Notes: generated by a model from the sequence alone, not told the origin. A stretch of DNA of 64,000 nt from Candidatus Marinacidobacterales bacterium (GCA_965226495.1 OZ245365.1:5600001-5664000); one strand, 5' to 3'. Shown: positions 1-10,267, numbered from the stretch's first letter. Numbers and translations are program-made.

Positions 1-2073
1 TCGGGATTGAGCGAGCGCCTCCTCCACGTAGGTAGCCATCGGCGCCAGATCGTTGACTGGCAGGTCGGGATCGAGCGACGCGACTTCGTTCCGAATGAGC
101 GGTGTTAAATGAGCAAGACGGGCGGGATCACCCTCTGCGCGTAGGACAACCGAAAAACTACGATCCAACGAACCGGGGAAGTAGATCTGCGGCCGCACAT
201 CCACTCGAAGATCAAGGAGGCGAACATGCTCGACCACCCCGACGACTTCGGCGAACGGTTCGTCGCTGCCGGTGGGCCCGATCTGAAGCCGCTCTCCGAC
301 CGCGTTGCCTCCCGGCCATACGCGTGCCGCCAGGCTCGTATCGATGACGATGACCTGGCGATCGTTCTCCGCGTCCTGCTCGGTAAAAAAACGCCCGGCG
401 ATCAGGCGCGTACCTAGGCTTGGAAAGAAATCCGGCGACACTTCTCTGTCGTCTGCCGTCACACTCTCCCAATTGCGTGCCGTCTCTTCATCGTAAGCGT
501 ACGGCTGAAGAGATCCACTCCCCGTCAATGGTAGCTGGGAGGTCGCACCCACCGAGACGACTCCCGGCAAACCCAGCAGATTGTCTTTCAGCTCGCGATA
601 AAAAACTTTGCGAGCCGCTTCCTCCTCGTATTTCGAGCCGGGGAGAGACAGATTGAACGTGATCAACCCTTCTGGCTCGAAACCGGGCCGCACCTGCTGG
701 AGCGAGGCGAAGCTACGGATCATGAGCCCTGCGCCAATCAAGAGCATCAGCGAAAGAGCGACTTCGGCGACGACCAATACGTTCCTCAACCGGTTGTGAC
801 CACCGAACTCTGTCCCCCGTCCCCCTTCCTTCAGGCTGCTCACCAGATCAACTCTGGCACCTTGAAGCGCGGGGACGAGTCCGAAAACGACCGCGGTAAG
901 AAGGCTCAGTGTCGCAGCGAAGAACAAGACCGACTCATCGATGCCAATCTCAGCTAGTCGTGGGAGATTCGCGGGGCCAAGCACCGTCAGTGCCGCGAGC
1001 CCGGCGTGGGTAATCGCCAATCCAAGCGCACCCCCACCGAGTGCCAACAAGAGGCTCTCCATCAAGAGTCTTCCGGTCATCCGAAATCGGCTCGCGCCCA
1101 GGGCGGACTGAATCGCGAACTCCTTCTCTCTCGCTGTGCCGCGCGCCAAGAGCAAGTTCGCCACGTTGGCACAAACGATGAGCAACACGAACCCCACCGC
1201 CCCGAGAAGCGCAACGAGCACCGGTTGTGCGTTCTTGACGACGTCGTAGTGAAGAGGCACCACACGGATCATGAGGTTCGACGACTCGTGTACGGCGTGC
1301 TCGGCCCTAAGATCGGCTGCGATTCCGTCCATCTCCGCTTGCGCCTGCTCGAAGGTAACTCCTGGCTTCAGCCGACCGAAGACTGAGAAAAACGTGTAGT
1401 TTCTCGGCGGCATTTGGCCGTAGTCGACCTGGAGCGGGATCCAGACGTCGGAATGTTTGAGCATGAAAGCCTCAGCGGGAAGGAGGAGCCTGAATCCATC
1501 GGGCAGAATCCCGACCACGGTATGGTCGACGTGGTCAATCTGGATGGTGCGACCCACGAGCTCGGAATCGCCTCCGAACCTTCGCTGCCAGAGGCCGTGG
1601 CTGATCATCGCAACTTTCGGGCCGTTGGAAATCTCTTCCCCCGGCTCGAAGTGCCGCCCGAGCATCGGGTCGACACCGAAGAGAGGAAAGAAGTTTGCAC
1701 TAACCGGTGAGAGGTCGATCCTTTCCGGCTCGCCTTCTCCTGTCAAAACGCCGGTGAGCCCAGTGATGCGGTCACCCGAGGCGGCGGCGAATTCCTCGAA
1801 GAGTTGGCTCTTCTCTTGGTAGTCGCGGTAATCGAGGGGGTGGACCGCCGGCAAGGACTGAGCGCCTTGGCCGAGATCATTCCAAATGACCGCCAGCCGG
1901 TCGGGTGCGGCGTAGGGGAGCGGTTGCATCAACACACCGTGAACAACACTAAAGATGGTAGTGTTGGCGCCGATCCCGAGGGCAAGCGTGATGATGACCA
2001 GGATCGAGAAGCCCGCGTTTTTTCTCAAGGCTCGGGCGGCGTACTTCAAATCGCTGAAGATCGATTCCAACAT
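1..2073 (-). CDS. ABC-type (MacB/FtsX-like) permease, ADOP acidobacterial duplicated orphan permease family; 3' end runs off the window
   Basis: Not in the ORF track because no stop falls in the window. Manual translation from ATG 2073 gives MLESIFSDLKYAARALRKNAGFSILVIITLALGIGANTTIFSVVHGVLMQPLPY. The same frame at the window edge reads IRNEVASLDPDLPVNDLAPMATYVEEALAQSR. I spot-checked the frame rather than reading every codon. Confidence 0.9.
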   Translation of the reverse strand, partial: MLESIFSDLKYAARALRKNAGFSILVIITLALGIGANTTIFSVVHGVLMQPLPYAAPDRLAVIWNDLGQGAQSLPAVHPLDYRDYQEKSQLFEEFAAASGDRITGLTGVLTGEGEPERIDLSPVSANFFPLFGVDPMLGRHFEPGEEISNGPKVAMISHGLWQRRFGGDSELVGRTIQIDHVDHTVVGILPDGFRLLLPAEAFMLKHSDVWIPLQVDYGQMPPRNYTFFSVFGRLKPGVTFEQAQAEMDGIAADLRAEHAVHESSNLMIRVVPLHYDVVKNAQPVLVALLGAVGFVLLIVCANVANLLLARGTAREKEFAIQSALGASRFRMTGRLLMESLLLALGGGALGLAITHAGLAALTVLGPANLPRLAEIGIDESVLFFAATLSLLTAVVFGLVPALQGARVDLVSSLKEGGRGTEFGGHNRLRNVLVVAEVALSLMLLIGAGLMIRSFASLQQVRPGFEPEGLITFNLSLPGSKYEEEAARKVFYRELKDNLLGLPGVVSVGATSQLPLTGSGSLQPYAYDEETARNWESVTADDREVSPDFFPSLGTRLIAGRFFTEQDAENDRQVIVIDTSLAARVWPGGNAVGERLQIGPTGSDEPFAEVVGVVEHVRLLDLRVDVRPQIYFPGSLDRSFSVVLRAEGDPARLAHLTPLIRNEVASLDPDLPVNDLAPMATYVEEALAQSR

Positions 2074-2221
2074 GGTGCTCTCCAAGAGGTTTTAGAGTGA
2101 TTCTCGCCAGATTGCTCCCTGTACGATAATACGTGAAGCCGAGCCGGAAGTTTCACGGGAACTCACAAATTTCCCAAGGCCTTGATTCAAAAGGGAGTGA
2201 ATTGCTGGCTGGAGCTCGTCA

Positions 2222-4090
2222 TCACTTCGTTGGGAGAGTCACCACAAAAGTCGTCCCTTTGCCCAACTCGCTGGCGACGCGGATCTCTCCGCCCAGCTCT
2301 TGAATGACCTGCCGGGCTGTAAAGAGACTCCAGTTTCCAGCCGAGATACGGCCATCGGCGATCTGAAAGGCGGGATCAAAGAGGCGCCCAACCTCGTCGG
2401 GTGCCAGCCCGTTCCCATTGTTTTGGATCCGAACCTCGATCCGCTCACCCGAAGCCTCGGTCGAGACGGCGACCTTACCGGCACCTTCGGTTTGCCGACA
2501 TGCCTCACTCGCGTACCGGAGCAGACTGGAAAAGCTGGCGCTCAACGATAGTCGGTGGCAATGCACCAACGGAAGCTCGCTGGTCGTCAAATGAATTTCG
2601 ACGGATGGCTCCTCCGCGAGCGCCACCACGTCGGAAAGCAACTCGTTGAGATCGACGGCCTGAACCTCCGCGCGATCCAGATTCGTGAAACGTTGGATGC
2701 GCGCAATGACTTGCTCCATGCGCTCCAAGGAAGCGTCCAGCGACTTCTTCAGATCGGCCTGTACTGCTTCCAGGCGCGCCTGCTCCTCGGGCGGCGCCGA
2801 GCCTCTTCTGACCGCTGCACGCACTAGAGTATCGACCGTGCTTTTCAAGGTTCCGAGGGGAGTGTTGAACTCGTGGCTCAAGGCGGCCGCCAACCGGCCA
2901 AGACTCTCGACGTTCTCGGCGACCAACATCCGCCGTTGCATCTCCCATCGTTCGCGCTCGATCCGAATGCCGGCCACGTTCGCCATGGCGGTCAGAAGGT
3001 TCAGATCGTCGCCGTTGAATTCCCGTCGCCGATCAACGGAATCCAGGTACATCAGTCCGATGACCCGATCTTCCGTTTGGAGAGGGACCGCGATCAACGA
3101 ATGCACTCCCTGATCGACGACGGTACGGCTCCCCTTCAGGAGCTGGTCCTCTAACACGTCGCGGACTAAAAGGGAGGTCTTTTCCTTCAGCACTTTGTCT
3201 CGCACGGTGGTACTGATTCGAAGCTCGGTACCGCGCGAGGCTTGTACCACCAACCGGTCCGCCTCGTCGAGCGTCAGCAGCACCCCACGCTCGGCGCCGA
3301 CCGCCTCCAACGATAGATCAAGCGTGATGTGGAACAGTTCTGGCAGCGGCCGCCGCACTGCTAGCTCCCGACCGGCGCGCACGAATGCCCAGAGTGCGCC
3401 GACCTGAGGGCCCCGAGCAGCGTCGGCAATGATTTGGCTGTCGGAACGTCCGGATGACAGGATTTCTTTCAGAGACGTGCTTTCCGCACTCAGCGGCGTG
3501 GCGTCCGTCGGCGGCTCGAATCTCACACTGCGGCGACTGGCGCTCGGTCCCGTGAACGTCATCGTCACGTAGCTGGCGACGATGGTATCGCCCGGCTCGA
3601 GATAGTGCCGACTCCCCACAACCGCACCGTTCACAAACGTGCCATTCTTGCTCGCCAGGTTCTTCACGAACCATTGATCTCCTTCTTTCTCGAGGGTCAG
3701 GTGCCGGCGAGAGAGACCGTCATCATCCGGGAAGGAAAGCGTGTTGGTGGCCGACCTCCCGACAGAGATCGTACTGTCCTCGAGGCGAATCGAGGTAGCT
3801 CGGCCGGACGGTGCGTCTACGAGAAGCACCGGCACGAGGTCCACTCCCTCGCGAGCCACGGTCCTGGCTTCTGTGCCCGGAGTCGAGCCTTCGAGAGACT
3901 CCCGAGAAGGACCGTGATTTCCGAGAAACGATTCCACTTCCTTGCGGAGCTCGTCGTCTCCGGCACAGGCTTCGTCTAGAAACTTCGCACGCTCGGGGCC
4001 GCCTTTTCTCAGCGCGGACAGGTAAAGATCCTCGACTCGCTTCTGTCGCTCCGTCACACCATGCTCCGAGTCGGCGGTAGCTCCTGCCAT
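2222..4090 (-). CDS. FHA-GAF-histidine kinase-like signalling protein with degenerate ATP-binding domain (start may be GTG 4057)
   Basis: FHA motifs (GRS..., SRRH, SKNGTFVNG), GAF (SLIAVPL...IGLMYLDS...FNGDDLNLL), H-box LAAALSHEFNTPL, and a HATPase-like end (VASELGKGTTFVVTLP). Confidence 0.85.
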   Translation of the reverse strand: MAGATADSEHGVTERQKRVEDLYLSALRKGGPERAKFLDEACAGDDELRKEVESFLGNHGPSRESLEGSTPGTEARTVAREGVDLVPVLLVDAPSGRATSIRLEDSTISVGRSATNTLSFPDDDGLSRRHLTLEKEGDQWFVKNLASKNGTFVNGAVVGSRHYLEPGDTIVASYVTMTFTGPSASRRSVRFEPPTDATPLSAESTSLKEILSSGRSDSQIIADAARGPQVGALWAFVRAGRELAVRRPLPELFHITLDLSLEAVGAERGVLLTLDEADRLVVQASRGTELRISTTVRDKVLKEKTSLLVRDVLEDQLLKGSRTVVDQGVHSLIAVPLQTEDRVIGLMYLDSVDRRREFNGDDLNLLTAMANVAGIRIERERWEMQRRMLVAENVESLGRLAAALSHEFNTPLGTLKSTVDTLVRAAVRRGSAPPEEQARLEAVQADLKKSLDASLERMEQVIARIQRFTNLDRAEVQAVDLNELLSDVVALAEEPSVEIHLTTSELPLVHCHRLSLSASFSSLLRYASEACRQTEGAGKVAVSTEASGERIEVRIQNNGNGLAPDEVGRLFDPAFQIADGRISAGNWSLFTARQVIQELGGEIRVASELGKGTTFVVTLPTK

Positions 4091-4211
4091 TCTGGGGGAG
4101 CCGCGGAAGAAGGGGAATTCATGAAGGCATCCTTAATAGGGAAGTCGGGCGGACCCATTATAGATTTGGGGTCAGTTTTTCGGCAATCAAACGCCGGCAA
4201 GAAAACCACCC

Positions 4212-5963
4212 TCAAACGATCAGCCGCACACCACCTAGCTCCGCCAGCCCGTACAAGAAGTGGCCTCCGGGAGAGCCGATGAACATGAAATTCGTCGGAA
4301 CGTTCCACTCCTTAGACAGTTTCTGGATGAGCTTCGGGCCGAACTTACCGTGCTGCACCACGAACTCGATATCGATTTCAGGGTAGGCCTCGTCGAGGAA
4401 CTTGAGGTCTTTCTTGAGCCGCGGAGGAACCTCGCTTTCGTCCTGAACCACGGTGACGACCTTGATCCGGTTGGTGTGCTCGTTGTTCCGGACGTAGAGC
4501 ATCGCTTCGTTGAGGTTGTGGAGCTTCTCACCACGGGTGAAGAAAACAACCTGCTGTGAATTGATCTCCTCGATCTTGATGCGGATGGCCTGAGAAAGGG
4601 TGGTGGTGGTGTCGCCGATACTTTGGCTGATGCGCCTCAATATGAAAAGACACGCCTTGAGCAGCCCAATGCGTCCGAGCATGGCGAAGACCACCAGTAC
4701 CGTAGGTATGAAATAAATTAGGAACACGCGGAAGTAGGCCGGGTTGGCCAAGAGGTTCCCGGCCAGCCCTGCCAGTACCGCGAGGATTCCCACGATGAGA
4801 GCGAGCCAAGAAGCCCTCGATGGACGGGGAAGACGAGCTCTCTTGACCTTCAAGAGGATATTGCCGATGCCGAAAAGCACCATGACGGCGAGGAACGAGA
4901 TGGTATAGACGCCGGCGAGCTTGGTCAGTTCACCTTCGGTAATGTAGATGACGGAGGCGCTGATTAGGAAAAAACTAATAATGATGAAATGGCTCGTCCC
5001 CCGGCGATTAGTTTTGAGAAAGAACTGAGGAAGCCCTCGGTCCAGAGTCATGCGCCTCAACAAACCGGTGACACCAACATAGGACGTCAAGACCGCCCCG
5101 CTCAGAACGAGTCCCGCATCGACGGAAATTAGCCAGGAGAACCAAGCACCACCCGCGATACCGCCCATATGAGATAGGAGCGCCTCCTTGTGTGGCCCGA
5201 CCTCGGGAATGGGCACCAGCGCCAGCGCCAGAAAGGCCATGGCTGGATTGAAGATGCTCACCGCGATCCACATGTTCCGAAGCGTGCGGGGGAAGACATT
5301 CTCCGCCTGTTCCTCCACGAAGTTGGCAGAGCTTTCGAAGCCCGAGATGCCGAGCATTGCCGCTGCAAACCCGAAGAACAAGGCGCGGGGGAGGCTCGCC
5401 GTCGGTGTCTGGAAATTCGAGACCAGCACATCCAGACCATTGTTGGCAAGAAAGATGCCCCCGACCACTAGGAGTAACGTCAGTGTCACCAAGTGAGTGA
5501 TGAAAATGACGACCGCAACCTTCGCCGATTCGGTGATCCCGATAATGGTGAGCACCATGAAGACGGCGAGCAAAGCGACCGTGGCGGGAATGACGGGAAT
5601 CCCGTGCCACAAAGATTGAATGTAGTGCATGGCCTCGCTCGCCGAGATCACCGCAGTGGCCATATACGACAAAACGGTCAGGCATGCGGCCAGCGACGCC
5701 ATGCGTTTGCTGGTCGTGTTGAGAAGCGCGTTATAGGCGCCACCGTTTAGTGGTAGGGCGCCTACGACCTCGGCATAAATTCCACGAAAGAGATAGAGGA
5801 CCGCGGCAACGAAGAGCAGGACGAGCCCCGCCCATTTTCCCGCGGCCATGATCGCAAGCGCGGAAACGTAGAGGCACGACGAAGTGATGTCGTTACCGCA
5901 AATAGCGGTCGCCGGGAGCTCGCCCAGGCCTCCATGTTTTCTCTCGGTGACGTGCTCGGCCAC
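4212..5963 (-). CDS. APC-superfamily amino acid/ion permease with C-terminal cytoplasmic domain
   Basis: 583 aa with about 12 TM helices; motifs AICGNDITSS, LPLNGGAY and GISGFESSAN. Confidence 0.85.
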   Translation of the reverse strand: MAEHVTERKHGGLGELPATAICGNDITSSCLYVSALAIMAAGKWAGLVLLFVAAVLYLFRGIYAEVVGALPLNGGAYNALLNTTSKRMASLAACLTVLSYMATAVISASEAMHYIQSLWHGIPVIPATVALLAVFMVLTIIGITESAKVAVVIFITHLVTLTLLLVVGGIFLANNGLDVLVSNFQTPTASLPRALFFGFAAAMLGISGFESSANFVEEQAENVFPRTLRNMWIAVSIFNPAMAFLALALVPIPEVGPHKEALLSHMGGIAGGAWFSWLISVDAGLVLSGAVLTSYVGVTGLLRRMTLDRGLPQFFLKTNRRGTSHFIIISFFLISASVIYITEGELTKLAGVYTISFLAVMVLFGIGNILLKVKRARLPRPSRASWLALIVGILAVLAGLAGNLLANPAYFRVFLIYFIPTVLVVFAMLGRIGLLKACLFILRRISQSIGDTTTTLSQAIRIKIEEINSQQVVFFTRGEKLHNLNEAMLYVRNNEHTNRIKVVTVVQDESEVPPRLKKDLKFLDEAYPEIDIEFVVQHGKFGPKLIQKLSKEWNVPTNFMFIGSPGGHFLYGLAELGGVRLIV

Positions 5964-5990
5964 GTTATTACAGAGAGCTGTGACGAAGCA

Positions 5991-6608
5991 CTATTGGGGT
6001 TGGCGAAATGCGAAGACGATGTAGACGAAACCCGGAGCCGGGCGTCCCTCGTGACTCGCAGCGCTGAAGGTCCACGCCCTGGCCGCCTGCAGTGCCGCAC
6101 CGTCGAATCCGGAAGACTCGGTTATGGTCTTAGCGGACATCACCGAGCCGGTGTCTCCGACTTCGACCTCGACCAGCACGTAGGCGCTGCCGATGGCATT
6201 CGGCGGATAGTTGGGGACTTCGAGGGAGGTTGGAAAGGGAACCTCGTCGGAAGGCTGCGCGTCGACTTCCCTTGGCGCGTCGGGTTTGGGAAACATCAGC
6301 ATGGCGGGCCGGAAGACTCCCGCTACCAATACATGAGTGTCCACCCGTTGACCTCCGCCGCGGGCGGGATTGAAGGTCCAGCGACTAGCAGATGTCCGAA
6401 GGACTTCGGTAAAGGGCTCGACATCCACGAGGTCGCGTACATTGGTCACCGACCCGCGCGCGTCGACCGTTAGCTCCACGCCGACTACCGCCGCGGCCGC
6501 CGTCCGATAAGGTATTTCTCCTACTTGTGCGCTCGCGACGCGGGCCGGCTCGAACCTCTGCACTACCGTCAACGTCATCGCAAAAAAGAAGATCGCCGTT
6601 CTCAACAT
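5991..6608 (-). CDS. TonB C-terminal domain protein (two TonB_C-like repeats, signal peptide)
   Basis: VELTVDARGSV...SASRWTFNPA and YPPNAIG..VLVEVEVGDTGSV...FDGAALQAARAWTFSAA. Confidence 0.75.
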   Translation of the reverse strand: MLRTAIFFFAMTLTVVQRFEPARVASAQVGEIPYRTAAAAVVGVELTVDARGSVTNVRDLVDVEPFTEVLRTSASRWTFNPARGGGQRVDTHVLVAGVFRPAMLMFPKPDAPREVDAQPSDEVPFPTSLEVPNYPPNAIGSAYVLVEVEVGDTGSVMSAKTITESSGFDGAALQAARAWTFSAASHEGRPAPGFVYIVFAFRQPQ

Positions 6609-6686
6609 ACATTGCCTCCGAGTGTTTAGAACAAGGTATCAGAATCTGGCAGAGGTGTAAAAGTTGAACGTATCCTGAGCCCTCTG

Positions 6687-6721
6687 CCCCTCACCCTACC
6701 CTCACCCCAAAGGGAAGAGGG
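6687..6721. repeat. REP-like intergenic palindromic element (CCCTCACCC...CCCTC.CCC...GGG.AGAGGG type)
   Basis: cccctcaccctaccctcaccccaaagggaagaggg; related to the element at 18607-18663 read on the opposite strand. Confidence 0.5.
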
Positions 6722-6843
6722 AATAATAATTGCCGCCCGGGTGCACTGATTTGAACAAGAGAAACGATGGCTTCGATCTCGGCCGGGTCTCTGTGTTACC
6801 TTTGGTCGGTGCGTCGACGCCTATAGAATATCGGAGACATCCC

Positions 6844-8226
6844 ATGAACCGAATCCGACTCAAGTCACAGTCCGTTCTCGCCTTCCTCTTAGGCATCGGT
6901 TTCGCCAACCTCGCACCGGCACAAGATGCCCATTATTGGACGGATCAGTTCGGTAACCGCGCACGGCTTCTAGGCGGTGCGGTTGTCGGCAGCGTGAGAG
7001 ATCTCAGTGCCACCTACTACAACCCGGGGAGCTTGGCCTTGGTGCCGACTGCCGAGCTTCTTCTGGCCGGCAACGTCCTCAGCTACACACGTTACGACGC
7101 GACGACGGGTCCCCAACAGCAGAAGCTGTCCTCTTCGACCTTTGGCCTGAGCCCCTCGTTGTTCGCGGGTGAGGTTCCGAAAAAAGTCGTGGGCGACAAC
7201 CGACTCGCCTACTCTTTCATGACCCGCCAGGAAACCGAATTCCGACTGCAGGGTCGAGGCAGCCTTAGTGGATCCGATTTCGATGTCCCTAACCTCAATG
7301 TTGTCGCCGACAATCTCCAGGTCGAGCAGGACATGAGCGAGCATTGGTTCGGAGTTAGTTATTCGAGAAGGGCCACTGCACACGTGGGCGTCGGGGTCAC
7401 GACCTATCTCGCGGTTCGCAATCAGGCGATGCAAACCCTGAACTTCGCAACCGCACTCGGGAACGGAAACCGCGCGGGGGTTGCCATCCAGAACCGTCAG
7501 TTCAAATACCAAAACTGGGCCTTGCTCTGGAAGATCGGTGTTGCGACCCAGTTCGAAGGTTGGGACCTAGGCGCCACCGTGACAACACCAAGAGTAGGAT
7601 TCGCGGGAAGCGGCGGCACCGGGTACGACTCGACGGCGGTCGGTCAGGACATCAACCAGAGCGGCGACGCCCTGACCGAGGTTGCAACCAACACTCAGAC
7701 GGGTATCTCCTCGGACTACGAGACCCCGTTCTCGATCGCCGTCGGGGGTGCCTACCGTATAGGCGCTACGAAACTGCACGTGACCGGTGAATGGTTCGCT
7801 CCGATCGACGAGTTCGTGGTACTCGCCAGCCAGCCGTTCGTCGGACAGACCTCGGGTGAGCTCATAGACACGCAAGTAACGCGCTCCCTGACGGACGTTT
7901 TCAACGTTGCGGTGGGTGTCGAGCATGAGCTCAGCGAGAAGACGACGGTGTATGGAAGCTTCCGCACCGACTACAGCGGCGTCGATCCGGACTCCGCGGC
8001 TTCCGTGCCGGTCGCGGACTGGGATATCTACCACATCGCCGGTGGCGCGACGCTGAACGTCGGACGCTCCGAGTTCACCGTCGGAGCTATTTTGGCGAGA
8101 GGCGACTCTACCGCGAGTCGAATATTTGATCCGATCGGGGAAACCTCGCTACCTGGTCAAAATGAGGCCACGCTCGAGTACTTTAGGCTCTCCTTCATCC
8201 TCGGCTTTAACTTCGCATTTAACTGA
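6844..8226 (+). CDS. Outer-membrane beta-barrel protein, FadL/OmpP1-like
   Basis: Signal peptide, GNRARLLGGAV...DLSATYYNPGSL hatch motif, alternating beta-strand pattern and C-terminal FNFAFN. ATG 6844 follows a GGAG RBS. Confidence 0.7.
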   Translation: MNRIRLKSQSVLAFLLGIGFANLAPAQDAHYWTDQFGNRARLLGGAVVGSVRDLSATYYNPGSLALVPTAELLLAGNVLSYTRYDATTGPQQQKLSSSTFGLSPSLFAGEVPKKVVGDNRLAYSFMTRQETEFRLQGRGSLSGSDFDVPNLNVVADNLQVEQDMSEHWFGVSYSRRATAHVGVGVTTYLAVRNQAMQTLNFATALGNGNRAGVAIQNRQFKYQNWALLWKIGVATQFEGWDLGATVTTPRVGFAGSGGTGYDSTAVGQDINQSGDALTEVATNTQTGISSDYETPFSIAVGGAYRIGATKLHVTGEWFAPIDEFVVLASQPFVGQTSGELIDTQVTRSLTDVFNVAVGVEHELSEKTTVYGSFRTDYSGVDPDSAASVPVADWDIYHIAGGATLNVGRSEFTVGAILARGDSTASRIFDPIGETSLPGQNEATLEYFRLSFILGFNFAFN

Positions 8227-8262
8227 TCCGTCGCAACGGTTCTCTGACGACCGGGAACGACC

Positions 8263-9405
8263 ATGCATTCGAGCTACCGTAAATCTCTGTTCATATTGCT
8301 CGGCCTACTTTTCTTTCTCTCCATCTATCTCATTCGAATTCGCGGAGATATGGTCGACTTCCGAGTGAACTACGAGGCGGGGAGTCGGTTCCTGCAAGGA
8401 GAAAGCCTCTACCGGACCGACGACGGTCACTTCATGTTCAAGTACCTTCCGTTCTCGGCGTTGCTGTACGCCCCCCTGTCTCTCCTGCCGCTCGAGCTCG
8501 CGAAGGCCATCTGGTACGTCGCGCTCGTTCTATGCGCGGTCGGCATTTTCTACTTGTCGTATAAGATGGCCTCCGCCAACCGGGAAGTGACGACCGCGAT
8601 GATCGTTTTTCCTCCTCTGATCCTCGCCAAGTTCTTCTTCCGGGAGATGAAGCTGGGTCAGATCAACATCATCGTGGCTTTGATCCTGCTGTTCATGGTG
8701 TGGTCATTGATTTCCAAACGGCCGGTGCGGTCGGGGTTTTTCTGGGGGCTGGCGACATCCCTAAAACCCTACGGCATGATCTTCTTTCCGTATTTTGTCG
8801 TGAAAAAGCAGTGGACTGCTTTGGCGAGCGGGGTAGGCGTCATTTTCTTCGCACTTCTGGTTCCCTCGGTCTTCTACGGTATCCGAGGAAACTTCCACTT
8901 GCTCCGTGAGTGGGCGTCGACCCTCTCTCAATCGACACCCACGCTTCTTACCACGCACGATAACATCTCCATCGTCGCGTTCTGGTCGAAGTGGACTCAC
9001 AACGCAGTCCTCTCAAGCCTTTCCTTATGGGTCGCTGGTGCGATGCTGGCTGGGCTCGCCGCTTTGGTTTTGACGATGATTTCGAAGGGCAAAAAACTGG
9101 AGGAGCCGGTCGCCCTCGAGTGCGGCCTTCTACTCATGCTCATCCCTCTTGTCTCTCCACTCGGTTGGGATTACCAACTGCTGATGTCGGTCCTCGCCGT
9201 CACCATCCTCGTGTATCATTTCTTCGACTACTCCCGACCCTGGAGAACCCTTCTTGTGGTCAATTTCTGTACCATTTCCCTTTCCATTTACGACGTGATG
9301 GGGCGAAGTCTCTACCAGTCGTTCATGGCTTGGTCGGTTCTCACCGTCAACTTTCTGATTCTGGCCGGCTATTTGGGCTACCTCCGGCTCAGAAAATATG
9401 CCTAG
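8263..9405 (+). CDS. GT87 (DUF2029) GT-C membrane glycosyltransferase
   Basis: DFRVNY...LY...FKYLPFSALL, GQINII and LATSLKPY motifs; polytopic membrane protein. Confidence 0.8.
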   Translation: MHSSYRKSLFILLGLLFFLSIYLIRIRGDMVDFRVNYEAGSRFLQGESLYRTDDGHFMFKYLPFSALLYAPLSLLPLELAKAIWYVALVLCAVGIFYLSYKMASANREVTTAMIVFPPLILAKFFFREMKLGQINIIVALILLFMVWSLISKRPVRSGFFWGLATSLKPYGMIFFPYFVVKKQWTALASGVGVIFFALLVPSVFYGIRGNFHLLREWASTLSQSTPTLLTTHDNISIVAFWSKWTHNAVLSSLSLWVAGAMLAGLAALVLTMISKGKKLEEPVALECGLLLMLIPLVSPLGWDYQLLMSVLAVTILVYHFFDYSRPWRTLLVVNFCTISLSIYDVMGRSLYQSFMAWSVLTVNFLILAGYLGYLRLRKYA

Positions 9406-9492
9406 ACATTCATCGACCGCCCTCATCGTTTGCGGAAATCCTCCCCGTCGAATAACATCTCGGCATCTTTGAAGATAGGAACTAGTGAGCTA

Positions 9493-10227
9493 ATGAGTGA
9501 AGAAACGACACAGTCAGTCGACGACCATGTGCTGGCCCTCGAGCGCGACGGTTACGCCGTCGTACCCGAGGCCCTAGATGCGGACCTTCTCGCCGACCTC
9601 GTAAGCACCGTCGAATCCGTAAAGGAGGGAGCCGGAGTCCGCTCCCGAAACGGAATCTACGCCATCCGAAATCTGCTGCATCTCGCGCCGGGCGTAAAGC
9701 GGGCCCTCGAGTCCACGGTCGTCAAGGGCATCGTTGAATCGACACTGGGAGCCAAGGCCTTCTTGGCGGGCGGGCTTTACTTCGACAAGCATCCGGACGC
9801 CAACTGGAAGGTCCCCTGGAACCAGGACTCCACCATCACTGTCCGAGAGAAGGCCGACGTGACCGGATTCGGCCCCTGGACAATGAAGGCGGGCATCCAG
9901 CATGTACAGGCTCCACCCTTCGTGCTCTACGATTTGCTCACCTTGAGACTCCACCTCGATGGTTGTGACGAAGGACAAGGCGCACTGCGCGTGATTCCGG
10001 CTTCTCACAACTTCGGAAGGCTACCAACCGATAGCATTCCCCAGTTCACGCGAGGCGCTCACGAGACTTGCTGCGTTCCGAAAGGTGGCCTGCTGGCCAT
10101 GAAGCCGCTCCTCCTTCGTTCTTCTCCCGCCTCGGTCAATGGCGGATATCGGCGAGTCATCCACTTGGGTTTCGGCGCACGTGCGCTGCCCGCTCCTTTG
10201 GAGTGGCACGAACAGTACCGCTGGTAG
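9493..10227 (+). CDS. PhyH (phytanoyl-CoA dioxygenase)-family protein with Fe ligands substituted
   Basis: LERDGYAVV, YFDKHPDANWKVPWNQD, LRLHLDGCDEGQGALRVIPASH and RRVIH. Confidence 0.8.
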   Translation: MSEETTQSVDDHVLALERDGYAVVPEALDADLLADLVSTVESVKEGAGVRSRNGIYAIRNLLHLAPGVKRALESTVVKGIVESTLGAKAFLAGGLYFDKHPDANWKVPWNQDSTITVREKADVTGFGPWTMKAGIQHVQAPPFVLYDLLTLRLHLDGCDEGQGALRVIPASHNFGRLPTDSIPQFTRGAHETCCVPKGGLLAMKPLLLRSSPASVNGGYRRVIHLGFGARALPAPLEWHEQYRW

Positions 10228-10267
10228 GTCCACGGTTCTAGTGCCCTAGCGCCGCGCACTCCGGTCC

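Noticed and set aside
102-2100. Cluster of short ORFs suggesting a fragmented or non-coding region
   Set aside because: It is explained by one minus-strand ADOP permease ORF that lacks a stop within the window.
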